A DNA stretch of 57,271 nucleotides, filler included, from Hydrolagus affinis (Eukaryota): assembly GCA_012026655.1 (NCBI GenBank). It is 4 parts of 4 records of this genome, joined end to end, with 100 filler letters (N's around TTAATTAATTAA, not from the genome) between each part and the next. Parts side by side here need not be neighbours in the genome. Positions count along the whole stretch, not along the records: positions 27,244 to 45,213 come from JAAILG010015250.1; positions 45,314 to 57,271 come from JAAILG010022689.1; 2 more parts are not named here. One strand, given 5' to 3'. Below the pieces are notes generated by a model. That model was not told where the DNA came from, did not search any database, and saw only the letters and a program-made list of their open reading frames with translations. Of the stretch, positions 37,969-50,660 are shown piece by piece. How positions within the stretch are numbered: the first letter of the stretch is position 1; each line of letters begins with the position of its first letter. The position numbers and the translations under genes are program-made.

Positions 37969-38171
37969 GTTGGTTTTGTGTTCCAAGGTACAGAACAATT
38001 GGAGATGTCACTCCCACATCATTCAGAACACTCAACATTGAAGGAGAGGGTCTATCTAAAGGGGGGTCTTTACTGGAAAAACCAAAATGGAAATGTCAAT
38101 AAAGCAGAACTGTCCACATCATGGCTGAGATAAATGTCTGTTTCAATATTAATATCAATTGTACTCAACAA

Positions 38172-38624
38172 AAATATGGCTGACAGTCAGGGCATTGTGC
38201 AGCAAGATAAGAACAAATGGGAGAAATGGGGTTAAAGTAATGGTGATCATGTCAAACACCATCCAGGGGAGAGAGATGTGATAACTTGGTTTGGGAATAC
38301 ACGCACACAGCTTATTGTTTATTGTTCAGTGCTATATCTAGATCTAAGTTTTTGGCAACAGATGGCGATATATCGATCACAGGTAAAAACCACAGTTAGC
38401 CAGACAGAAATATCTCTTGTGGCAGAAACTAGTATCACCAGCAGCAGCCACACATGAGCAATTGTGTGAATGGAAATAGGAAGTAAATAGGAAGAACATG
38501 ACTGGAAATCACTGATGTGATTCTGACCATCAGGTTAGCCACTGACATAGAGACCAGATAGCGAGAGATGCATTTGGAGAACCACATTTCCCTCGAGACA
38601 GGATCACAATGGACACTAGGTTAG
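38172..38624 (-). pseudogene. Decayed GPR139-like class A GPCR pseudogene (copy 1)
   Basis: Acceptor, then ANLVSIVILSRGKCG; SVWLTVVFTCDRYIAICCQKLR; TPFLPFVLILLHNALTV. Multiple frameshifts and stops. Confidence 0.75.
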
Positions 38625-39759
38625 CTGCAGGTGAGAGACAGTCAAGGAGAGAGAATCAATCAGTCATCCGCTTGTACAGTTTATATTGTGCTGAGGAATT
38701 GAACGCTGTGGACTTTCTGCTGGGGAAACAATCCCCTCCATCGACTCAAGTACCAAAATTGTGGATTGAAAACAACAAAACACCAGCAAAATTACACTTG
38801 TATAGTGCCTTTCACGTCAGGATGGTGTCCCAAGTTGCTGAAATAAAAGTGAATTGACTGTATATTTGAGGGCACAATACAGCAGCCCGTTGCACACAGT
38901 AGTGTCCCACAAATAGTCGTGAATTCAAATGGCCAATTTTTATTATTTTTTTGAGGGAATATAATTAAGCATTTGGAGTAAGGAAACGTGCCCAGTGTAA
39001 GGCGAATTCCAAATAGACAAGTGGAAATTTGAAATTGTACAGGAATTAAATGATTAAAGGTTATATTTTTAGAAATGGTGATTAAAATCGGGGAGAACAT
39101 TCCATAATTGAAGCAATTCTGCAGGAGAAATTCCAACATTCGGTAATGATACCAAAAATCTTAGCATTTGTGGAAATAAACTGTCAATAGAAGTCAGAGG
39201 CAAGACTCATCAATGGCTACATAAAAGTCAAAGATTAATTCAAATTTATGTTGCGGGAATTTACATGGCTTGTGTACTTACAATCATGTCTTTCAGTTCT
39301 CCATTTAAAAGTCTCTGCTGAACTGACACCCATTCACACCTGACCACCTACTTGTTGCTTGTCAATTAGAAATGCCTGTAACCTACATTAGTCACCCAAC
39401 TTTCCACATTATGTACAACAAGCTCATCTATCGATACTGGGGTTTTAATGGTAATAGTCCATTTAATACACCATGACTTAATGTTTGGCCCATACAAACG
39501 ATTTCCCAAATAGTGCATAATATCTACAGAACCTCAATATGTACTATTTCAAACCTCAGAATATAGTCCCGCAACATATATAACTACAGGAGGATTACTC
39601 TTCCTGAATATCGAGTGTCAAAATCACATGAAACACAACAACAATTTAATGTCGGAAGGTGACTGAGCTGATGTACATGGTATCATTGTGTAGATATTAT
39701 ATTATTGTGTTTTACGAACTCTCCTCTGAAATCAGGTACATACAGTAAATATTGGCTCT

Positions 39760-40190
39760 ACAGTTCTCAAGTTGCTTTGTCAGGGATGTTGATGTCTGAG
39801 TCGGTGAGGACCCGGGTGATCACCAGGTTCATCAGGTGGCCGTGGGTGTGGGCGGTGGAGTGGAAGTGGAGGGATAGATTAAGGGAGGTAAGGAGGGAGG
39901 ATACGTCAATGGAAGTAGAGGCAGGAAGGGGTGAAGTGGAGGTTGAAGTCACCTAGGTTGAGGAGACGTCCAGAGCAGAGGGAAAGAGCTGACAGGAGAG
40001 TGGAGATGTCAGAGCGGAAAGTTGGGGAAGACTAGGAGAAATTTGAAGGAGGGACTGGAGGGCTTGTAGAGAGTGAGGTTTGAGGATATGGATGAAAGAG
40101 GAGAGGTTGTTTTTTGAAGGCATTATTATCTCAGTAAAGCGATCTAGTAGTCGATTAACATACTGGTTACTTCTCATTGCTGGATAAGCA
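39760..40190 (-). mobile_element. L2-type LINE endonuclease fragment
   Basis: Reverse strand reads SLNLSLHFHSTAHTHGHLMNLVIT, homologous to the L2 endonuclease region at about 21800-21900. Confidence 0.65.
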
Positions 40191-40365
40191 GAGGAGTTTG
40201 GAGGTACAAAAATGTTCCAAAGTTTAGCCCTGCCTGGGAATTGAAGCCAAGTCCTCTCACTTGCTCGGTGAGTGCTCTAACTACTGAGCTGCTGGACCCA
40301 ACAAGTTCAGACAGTGTTGAGTTATGTGTATTTTATTGTATACCAACATAATGAATATTTGGCAG

Positions 40366-40493
40366 CTTTTGACTGTGGCAGCCTGAGCCCTGTAGAGAAT
40401 GGAGACTTCATCGTCCTCACAGAGACTGGTGGAAATCTCACATCATGTTCATGTGTGACTTAGAATATTATTCTCTGTCCAGCCAAAGAGTTG
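40366..40493 (+). pseudogene. Frameshifted Sushi/CCP half-domain exon, MASP/C1r/C1s-like (copy 2)
   Basis: AG...GTGAG-bounded 128-nt exon: FDCGSLSPVENGDFIVLTET, the same frameshift as copy 1, then WKSHIMFMCDLEYYSLSSQRV. Confidence 0.65.
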
Positions 40494-40869
40494 GTGAGGA
40501 TTGGCAAATCATGGATAGCTCACGTACTTTTTCCAAATTAGAGGTTCATCAGAATTCAATAAATTTTATTTCTTCCACAGTAGTTATACATATACGACAG
40601 CTAAATTTCTTTCCAATAAATATACTCCCCACCCCCAAAACTTGGGTCGAATCCCCACTGTTTAGTGCGTTGGGACATCCCCTTGACTTCAAATGTAATA
40701 CATGTAAGTGTGTTGTTGTAAAATATCAGCAATGATTTGGATTCTAGCAACATACATATCATGCCTGTGGTGGAAATACTCAATGAATACAGAATCACAC
40801 ATTCCTTCACCAAGTCAAGAAATCTTCTCTTTTAATGTGTCATGGAGCAGGAGTTTATACTTTACTGAT

Positions 40870-41900
40870 AGAACTGAACTGTGCGGCGTTCCTTGGGGCG
40901 CTGGCCTTAGTCCCCATTTCTTCACCCTGTTTATGCTCCCCCACGGTGATGTCATCTGCAGATATTGCGTAAATTTTAACATGTATATGGATGACTAGCA
41001 TGTCTACCTCTCCGCCTCCACTATCAATGACTGCCTGCCTGTCCCACAACAAGTACTGGATTTTGGATAACTTACTCCAGCTCAACGTCAGCAAGTCTCA
41101 GTCCCTCCTGATTAGCACACATCAGCACCTCCAAACCTCAGGCCCTGGCAGCATCAGCATCCACACCTGCACACTCTACCTCACGAAGCCAGTCAGGAAC
41201 CCGGGTGTCTTATTTGAGTGTGAATCCTCCTTTCTCCCCCACCTCCACGCCATAACCAGCACTGCCTCATTGCCCATCTCTATCACTGCCTCACCCCTCA
41301 GGCTGCCGAAATCCTCAACCGTGCATTTGTCAGATCAATGTTTGGAACCTCCCACTTCGTCGGCTTTCGAAACTCTTCACAAGCTGCAGAAGATCCAAAC
41401 CATCAGCCTGTGTCCTCTCCTGCACTAAGCTCTACAGCCCCATCAATCCCACACTCACCGGGCTCATTGACTCCCCATCCGCCAAAGGATAGAATTCAAG
41501 ATCATCGTCCTGGCTTTTAAGGCCATCCATGGCTTTGCCCACTCCTGTCACTCCAAACTGCTGACTCCCTAGTCCCAACCAATCTGCCCACTCGCTACAT
41601 TCAGCCAGCTCGTGTCTGCACATGTCTCCCACCTGACCAGTGCTCCCATAAGTGGCCAGGCTTTCAGCTTCTCTGTTCCAACACTCTGGAACATAAATCC
41701 GCAGACCATTCACTTTGCTTCCTCTCTTGCATCCTTCATGGGCGGTCTCAAGACCCTCCAGTTCAACTGTACCTCTAGCTGTGCACCAATTCTCTTCCTC
41801 GTCTCGCTTCTATCCCACCCCTGCCCTGTGCTCACGTCCCAAATGCTGACTGTTCACTGCCTTGGGACGTCCTCCCAACATGAAAGGCGCTCTATAAGTT
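40870..41900 (+). mobile_element. L2-type LINE RT/3' fragment
   Basis: FNMYMDD motif and LLQLNVSK, followed by the L2-like 3' end. Confidence 0.75.
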
Positions 41901-42809
41901 TCATCTTGTTTTCACTGTTACTATACTTGGAAGGAAACAGTGATGTCTGCTCATCATGTGAGAGTTTATTTAGTCTAGTGACCCCCACCCCCCCTCCCTC
42001 CCCCTCCCCCGGTGAAGTTCGAACTGACACAAGTATTGCACAACAATCACATGAATGTTCATTCAGATTAGTAATATTGATAACTAATTATAAGTATACA
42101 TCACAACAATGTTTTCATATTGACACACAGCTCACAATGATTTCAGTTGACCGATGTTGCCAAAGAGACGGAGGATTAGTGTCCAATTTATGTCCGATAT
42201 AATGTCCACCAAAAGTATTCAGGTGCTGCTGCACAGCAGCCCTTTCGATCAGCAAAACAATATCCCAGTACAGCGGTACTGTTGTATAGTATTAGAGCAT
42301 CGTTGAAGGTGTTGACAGTTGTTTAAGCTTTTGTCCTGATTTTTCCTTCTGCAGAAGCTGCAATATGGCAACTCCAATTTCCACCATCTTCTTTTCTTTC
42401 TTCCTCCAACTAATCCTCCCTTTTATGTTGATTAGGTGAACTTTTCACCCAGTTTCTTCTGCAAGAAGGTTCCTCTACACAACCAAATATAACATAGCTG
42501 TCTCTCCAGCTGCAGACCACCTCTTCATGGGAAACACACCGATAAGGAATGGAAAAAAAGCTTCGTCACCGATAAGCAATTTTTTGACACTGCTTTGAAG
42601 ACAGTCACAACCAGCTCCATGAATGTGAAGCCAGTCACAAAAACAACAACAAAATTAAACTTGTACGATCTCCCAACATAAGTGACCAACCAATCATATA
42701 TCTCAAATATATGTACATTGTTAATGTAATTGAGACATTAACTACAGATCCTACAGTAATGCTGGTAGGTTTCCCTGTTTGTGAAGATATTCACCAATGT
42801 TAATGAAGT

Positions 42810-44108
42810 TCAACTGCGTTTGTAGCCAACTTCTTTCCTAACGTGATGATGTTTTATCATTAATTTAGCAATAATATGAAAGGGATAAACTAACCCTTTC
42901 TTACACTCCTCTCTGAACTTAGTCTGAGTTAATGCATAGATACAGGTGTTTGCACAGCAATTCAACCTTTGCAGCATGATCCCAGTTTCTTTGACAATAT
43001 ATCGGGTGTTATTGACAAATGTTTTGCTATAATTCAAATCGGAAAGTTGCCATATGAATGAATGTAGAACAAAGGTTACCTACAAAATTATAAAAGTGCC
43101 TGATATGGCGAACAGTAAAACAACAGATTTTTTTTGGGTTTCCAACTCGGGATCAATTGTTTTCTCAGCATTTCTCTGACCCCGAAGCCTCCTGCGGACT
43201 TTACTGGCCATCAGAATGTGTCTTATAACCACAGCATTGAACAGGCAAATCAAAGCAAACAAAAAGAGTGGACTAAAAACACGGAGAAACCTTTCGTATA
43301 ATTTCCAGGTGAGCAAAGTGTAATAGTTTGGTTTGAAGATACAGTACCACGGGGTATTGTTAACTCTAATCACAGGATCAAACATAAAGTAACAAGGAAT
43401 GCTGACTGAGCAGCTAAAAACAGACAGAGTCACAATAACCACTGTGGCTGTTCTCTCCGTGCAATATATTGGCCTGAGATTTTGGCAGCAAATGGCAACA
43501 AATCGGTCAAAAGTGAAAACAACTGTGAACCACAAAGACATGAAGATGGCTGCAATCATCAGCCATCTTGTGCCTGATATGGCACTACACACTGGACTGT
43601 AGGATAAGAAAGTTAATGGGAAATACAAGTTGTTAATTTTGTTCAACAACACATCCACGAGGACAACCAGGAGATCCGCGGCTGCCATCGCCACCAGATA
43701 GAGAGTGATGCACTTTGAGGGACCACAGTCTCCTCTTGACAGGATCACAATCGCCACTAAATTACCTGTTTGAAAGATGGAAAATAGGAAAAAATATTCA
43801 TATCATATATTGATTACCAAAGGGTAATAAAATTGATCATTTCAAACCATGACAGTTTGTGGGATACTAAAACATATAATTGGCTGTCGGCTTTTCCCCA
43901 AACACAAAGTCATTTCCCTTTACTATATATTCTTTGAACTGCTTTCAGATTTCTATACGACATGATAAGGCTCTATATCAAATGCCAAATGAACTCGTCT
44001 ATTCACGATTGCCACAACATGGAAACAAATAGAATTACCCGGAATTCCAAATGCTGCCAGAATGGGGTAGTAAATAGCTACTACAGCGTACATTGTTGGA
44101 AATTCCAT
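42810..44108 (-). pseudogene. GPR139-like class A GPCR with a single premature stop (exon 1 44108-44039, exon 2 43765-42810)
   Basis: MEFPTMYAVVAIYYPILAAFGIPG | GNLVAIVILSRGDCG...YLVAMAAADLL...FTFDRFVAICC...FIIL*VTF...NCCANTCIYALTQTKFREE. TAG at 43080-43082; the downstream ORF is in the same frame. Confidence 0.85.
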
Positions 44109-45213
44109 GCCCTGTTTCACATGTGTTCCTGCTAAAGTGGAGGCTTGAATGAACTCACACTGAAAGAAATCTGTACTTATAGTGAATATGAAGTTATGAC
44201 TTGAATAATGAATGCAAATAATGCAATTAGTCCCAGACCATTGAACAAACAAGAGTGTTTTCACATGAGAATGGTACACTGCTAGGTACACAGAGGTGTG
44301 TTCCATAAGGAAACTCACTGAATGTCCAGCTGGGAATCAAACCCAGGTCACTGGCTTACAACAGCGAGCGCTATGATCACTGAACTACATGACTCCAAAA
44401 AGTATAAGTTAATTTTTTATAGTCAAATTATTTTAAAATTCACAATCGTATAAAACACATTAGATTTCCTGAACTCTGACACACTCTTTCCCAATACTAT
44501 CTTGGCCTCATAGTAATACACAAAAGGAATCTGCAGAGTCAGAGGATCCTCTGTCTAATCTCGATAACGCGACTATTTTGCTCAACAAATTTTGTGTATT
44601 TTGCGTTTCTCCTTTCAGCGATTTTCAGTGAATCGGTAGCTGTGGCTTCTTTGTAACTTTTAATAACAATAATCTTTGCAAATGATACAGCACCTCATCA
44701 TGTCTTCTATGGTTTGAAGCAGTACGTACTCCTGACGTGAAAGGCGCTATACAAATGTACTTTTGTTCTTGTTGTTCTATGCATACTAAGGCGCTTCACA
44801 GAGTGTAGTCTAAAGTGAATTGATTGTATTTTAGTGGGTGAAATGTGGCAGCTAATTGCTCACAGCAGTGTGCTACAAACAGTCGTGGATTCAAATGACC
44901 AATTATATTATTGCTTTATTTGATGGATTATTATCGGGCGTGTAGACTGTAAAAACTTGTCCAAGTTTCCTTATGGCCTTGAACTTCTAGGAATCAAACT
45001 CAAGGAAAGTCGTTTCTAAAGTGAGCGCTCTAACCACTGAGCTACAGGACTCCACATCGAGCTTCAGGACTATACATCGAATGTTGATTTTCTATAATTA
45101 AACAATGCCACATAAACTCTCCGGTTTTTGAGACCAGCAATTGGATTGCAATTCATGTTTCTTTCATGACAGCACAGCTTTGAAAAATTATAGCGTTAAA
45201 TTTGGCATTCTTA

Positions 45214-45313
45214 NNNNNNNNNNNNNNNNNNNNNNNNNNNNNNNNNNNNNNNNNNNNTTAATTAATTAANNNNNNNNNNNNNNNNNNNNNNNNNNNNNNN
45301 NNNNNNNNNNNNN
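45214..45313. other. Assembly gap with artificial six-frame stop linker
   Basis: 44 N + TTAATTAATTAA + 44 N. Confidence 0.95.
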
Positions 45314-46356
45314 CTTGTTAAAACTTTCGATAAAAGTATCTGGAAGGACGAAAGAACATATGAGTTGAAAAGTTACGTTAATCAGAAATCATACTGCGTT
45401 TATCACAGTGGTAGCTCTGTGTGTTGTCGGTTTGATAACCTGTCTTGTTCAATCAGAATCAGCTGATGCGAACCGTACTCTATCCCTATCGATTCCTACA
45501 CCAATGCCACTCTCGCGGCACAATGAAACCCATTGCAGTGAATTTTATTAAACTTTCTTATGCATTATTTTCAATGAAATGTATAATTTTCATTATGTAT
45601 GATCTTTCTTATACATTATTAAATTTTACTGCATCAAAGGAAATTTGTTTCAGTTCATAATTCACGGCATGGTAAACAAAATTGAATAACACTTAAAATT
45701 GGAAGATTCCATTCAGTTTGAACCAACCTGACACATAACTCCATACAACATCTACACTGTACTCACTCACAACAGCTCACTATAGTGTTATTTCTGAGCT
45801 GGTCACCATGATGGTAATGCTGAGCTGGTCGCCATGGTTGCTAATGGTGAGCAAGTGATAGGGCGAGCATCTTTTGCTTCACTCGCTCAGCTACGGTCGC
45901 TATTATTCCCACAGTTCTAGCAAGGATATTAACCAAACAACACAGGAAAACATTTGCGATCAACAATAGGGCCAGCAGTGACAGTGGGAGTCGCTATCGC
46001 CAGCATGGCAAAGCTTGTCAGCGCCATGAAGAGCTCTCATGCGCTAAATATCTCCTCTCTCTTGCATTGCAGTTGCCCAAACAACCCTCCCAACATATCA
46101 TCGACACTGTTCCCACCTTTCTTTCTCATTTACTTGTGTCAGTCACCCAGTTCATCAAGCACACGTCACTTTTGGTGCAGAACGAATGGAGGAGCAGAGA
46201 CGATGACGCACATTGACAGAGACACAAGGTTTGTACATAAACCTCAGACCTTCTCCATCAATGTCATTTAGTGTTCATCTCTCCTCACGTTATCTTATTG
46301 CTTCCCGACCTACATTCTCCAACTAAACCGTCAGCGACCTTTAAGAATACACGGCA

Positions 46357-47339
46357 ATGTATATATTTGTGTCAGTAGCCATCATTGCCTTGTCAGGTAA
46401 GCCATGCATTCATTCTATGTGTCAGCCAACTGCACATATTATCCAGCCAAATGTTTATTGCATAACATAATGAAAAAGCAATTCACGCCCTAGAGAGGGC
46501 AACATAATAGGCAAGTTTAGTCACCCATTACACATGGCTGTGATCCCGTCCACGTCATTTGGAACACAATAGCTGGTTTATTGGCCCAATGCTTTCCTGG
46601 GCGTTAATTATCTCTCAATGGGTGCTGCTGCTAATTTTAATACAGTTACTCAACCCACGACTCCTTACGGGACACATTTATGTGAAGCTCCTGCAGTTCA
46701 GTGGTTACAGAACTAGCCTTTTAAGCGTGAATCCTGTGATCGAATCCAGGGAGATCAGTGCGAAACCTTAGGCAAGTTGCCTGGTTGTATAAGCCAAATA
46801 TTAATCCGTCCAAAAAAAAAGCACAATAATAAAAACTGCTAATTTCAATCAACGACTGTTTGTGGGACGCTGCTGTTCGCAATCGGCTGTCTATTTCGCC
46901 CACAAATCCTACATTCAATATTGAAGACATTTAGTCGTCGTGAAGACGCAAGATGCAGTGTTGTCACACCACCATTACTAATGTTATTGTTGTTATTCTG
47001 CTGAACGCTGACATGTGTCTTGTTTCCAGGACATTGTGCAGGAGACTCTGTGACACAGCTCCTGTCTACTGTGACAGTGAAGAAAGGGGAGAATGTGTGT
47101 CTGAGATGTAACTATACAGCCACAATCACAAGTGTTCCCGATCTGTTCTGGTATCGACACTATCCCAACACATCTCCAGAATATATACTTTGGACATCAA
47201 CCAGCAACAGACCACAATATGCCGAGTTTGCCAAAGAACGATTCTCAACGAAAGTGGAAAAAGTGGATCGAACCATCCAATTAAATATCACCCAAGTGAG
47301 AGTGACTGACGCCACAATATATTACTGCGCAATGAGTCC
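46357..47339 (+). CDS. TRAV: TCR alpha/delta-type V segment, family 2, apparently functional (leader 46357-46396, V exon 47030-47339)
   Basis: Leader MYIFVSVAIIALS followed by GTAAG. V exon has LRCNY, FWYRH and DATIYYCAMSP, and is open. Confidence 0.88.
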
Positions 47340-47378
47340 CACAGGGACACAGATCAGACTATCTACCGTACAAAAACT
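47340..47378 (+). other. 23-RSS
   Basis: CACAGGG + 23 bp + ACAAAAACT. Confidence 0.88.
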
Positions 47379-48205
47379 GTGTCCTGCTGCTCATTGGTTG
47401 GTTCTCACTTGTAAGCGAGAGCACCTGGGTTCATTTACGGCCCGGTAAACACGGCAGAGCTAAACGTTCTTTAGTTTACACACATGCCTCTGCTTAAACA
47501 AGCAAGTAAATGGGACAAAGGTATCAATTTCCATTGGAGACAATGTGACCAGGAACGTTAAGAAAGGCCAGCCAAAATATTCTTGCTTTCAATTTATGCA
47601 AGTGCAGTAACTACGGTTCACCAAGAGATGGCAAACTAAACATCATCTGCAATTAACTTAACTTGCCATGTTCATTTCTGCAACAATCTACCTTGACAGC
47701 TATAACAGGTGCTTCCTGTTACAGTCCACATTGGTTACATCCTATGTATTATTGCTGCTTCTGCTGAAATTTTCAAAGGTTTATCTAAACCGTAACCATG
47801 ACAATCGCAAGGCTTAGTTTGCTCGAAAAGTAATGGGGATGTCATATATTCATCTTGTTTGCTTTCTCAAAAATAATAATCCGCCTTCCAGCGGATCTCA
47901 CTGTGCTAACAATTGTATTTGATTTTGTTAACTACAGTAAGGTAGTTTGTTTTAGTATAGTTTGGGAACACAATAAAACTGACAACATTTAATTTAACTT
48001 AGGTACAGAAGAGTTATATTATTTAAATGCTTCTTGGCATACACGCAGTTTCAAACAGGACTGGAAAGAAATATTAGTAAGAATATGGTTAGTAATGATA
48101 CTATCGCTAATAATAGTGGTTTTGCTTGCCTTTGTTGTACAACATTTTAGAGATGGCGAACATTAGCCACAACTAAGTTGCGGTTTCCTCCTTATTCTTA
48201 GCTAA

Positions 48206-48278
48206 GTGTGTGTGTGCGTGTGTGCGTGCTCGTGCGTGTGCACGTGCGCGTGCGTGTTTGTGTGCGCGTGCGCGCGCG
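48206..48278. repeat. Alternating purine-pyrimidine (GT/GC) microsatellite
   Basis: GTGTGTGTGCGTGTG...GCGCGCGCG. Confidence 0.9.
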
Positions 48279-48610
48279 AGGACGGAATAAAGATATTTCC
48301 CAACGTATCGCTTTGCCTGTGAATCAATCAGGGTGGAAGACTCATAAGGCAAGTATGATTACTCCACACACAAGCAAACCTCCAATTAACCAGTAGCAAG
48401 TTCAACCGTTTAGCTGGCCAATTGGCGAATGAATTCTGCAGAAGGAAACATGCAGGAAGTGAGAAGCGTGTGAAGACGTAACCGAGAATATACTTATAAT
48501 CTGCACAGTTAACTGCGTTTCACAAACATTTGTAAACATTTATCAATCTGTAGCTGATTTCCCGCTGTACATCAATCAGACATTTTGACGCGAATAGAAG
48601 AGACTTGAGA

Positions 48611-49058
48611 ATGAAGCAGGATTTCAATAGACCATATATTATTTTTCATTTAATCACAACAATCTTGTGTAAGTAGAGTATCAGATTGGACATACACATC
48701 CTGGTTTTCCTGATACATAATTATTTTTTATAATGCAGATATTTTATGATTTACTATCCAAGAATATTTATTTCTATTCCCTCAGGTGTCTTGGCTAAAA
48801 GCGAAATATCACAGAGATCACAGGCTCTGACAGAGAATGAAAATGGAAATTTATCTATGGAATGCAGAACCACTGTGACTGTCCAAAACATTCAATGGTA
48901 CAAACAGCATGGAAACGGTTCCATCAGTTACTTGGTGTTGGGATCGAGAGAGTTGAAGGAGAAGGAGAGGATAAATGCTTTGTCTGTTGGAAAAAATAGC
49001 ACGTTATCGATCCGAGACGTGCGATTGCCTGACTCTGCCACTTACTTCTTGCAGACAG
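48611..49058 (+). pseudogene. TCR V family 1 segment lacking the second canonical Cys (leader 48611-48668, V exon 48786-49058)
   Basis: C23 and W41 are present, but the 3' end reads DSATYFLQT instead of YFCAAES. There is also a 3-aa deletion in FR3 relative to its paralogs. Confidence 0.82.
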
Positions 49059-49097
49059 CACAGTGCTACGTATTTAAGATGGACCTGTACGAAAACA
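49059..49097 (+). other. 23-RSS
   Basis: CACAGTG + 23 bp + ACGAAAACA. Confidence 0.85.
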
Positions 49098-50660
49098 TGC
49101 TGGGGTTACTGTAGCTCATTGGCTAGTACACTAACCTAGAGAACGAGAGGATATGGGTTCCATGCCCAACAGATAAATGTGCTGGGTATATTTATTTATT
49201 CCGCAAGATTCTGCTTATACTAACAGTATCGAGAAACCATGTTCTCTATCGATTGGCATATCGTTATTCCGGGGGGTCACAATGCCTGAATAAAACTGAT
49301 TACTTACTTCAATCCATAATTTTTTGTAGGAAACTGAAGCGCGCAATTGGCTGCCACGTTTAGCCCATAACATACAAACGGTTCAATTAACAGCAGTAGC
49401 TTCAAGACGTGAATGCAATCATTAAACCTATTGTTATTATTATTTCTCACAGCGCTATGTAGGAGCCAGGCAGTTGCTTGATAGCCTTTCCTGCAGTAAT
49501 ACTCTATCAATAAAATGGATGACTCTCCGCGTCTGTTTGTTGCACGAAGCTGTAAGCAATTGGCTACCGTGCATTGTGGACAAAGTAGACCATCGCTACA
49601 CTTGATAGAACATTCCGTGAAGAGCTATAAATCTTTTAAAGACGCGATAAGTTTCTGCATCAACACAATAATAATTAATGCGACTCACAATTTGATTTTT
49701 ATCAGCATGAACACGTCGGTGGGTTATTCACATGCATACAAAATTAATACAAAATGTGAAATATTATTCGGAGAAACACGTCGTACAATACAATAAATCA
49801 TAGCGATTAATTATGGCTGGGGTACACACTCAGAAGCTTCCAATGAAAGCGTCTCCTTGACTACTTTTGAATATCTCTCCAAATATTAACCGTAATAAAA
49901 AATGCCTCACACAATACACTTCTGGATCGTGGGGAGGATGACGTGAGGAAGGTTATGGACCATTGTTTTACGTTACTACGTGCCACCGTTTCCACTAAAA
50001 CAACGGTTGACTTTAAAGTATATTCTGTGCGGCACTTTGAGTTTTCTTGTAAAACCGTTAAGAATCCATATCAAAAGCTTGGATAAGTAGTCTACAGCTT
50101 GTGAGCGGAATAGACGGGAAGCAGCGGCAAACAGTTAGTGTAATCAAACCTGGACCTTATTAATAAAAGAGACTTGATGCACGTTTAATCAGAAAGTAGA
50201 CTGTGCCTCTTCTAGTCCTGTCTCTTGTTAGTCTGAGCCTACTAATATTGGAAACTAATCAAGTCTGATGTCTCCCTCCAAGGAGGAAGTGCGAATTCCA
50301 GATCCAAATCACATTGACTCGCTCAATGGCAAATACAGGTTTAAATCATTGATATATTTCGGACCACAGTCAATATGGGTGAAGTTTACTGTAGGCGTCA
50401 GACACCAGGCTGACAGGAAAGCAGGTCAGTGATAGAAAAGGACCAATGGAGGAGCGAGATGGCAGCACAGAGCGCGTGACGCAAAATGACAGACGTGCTA
50501 GGTTTGTGAATAATAATCAGACCTGCTCACTCACTGTGTGTGGCAACTTGTGTATGTGTCATTTAGTGTTCAGCTCTGCTCACGGTATCTTACTACTGCC
50601 CAGCCAATATTCTCATCGACTCCACCAGCGCTCTCTCAAAACATGTTGCCATTAACACAG

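Noticed and set aside
45795-45860. Short direct repeat TGAGCTGGTC(A/G)CCATG
   Set aside because: Only two degenerate units with no unique-spacer array; not CRISPR-like, and the context is eukaryotic.
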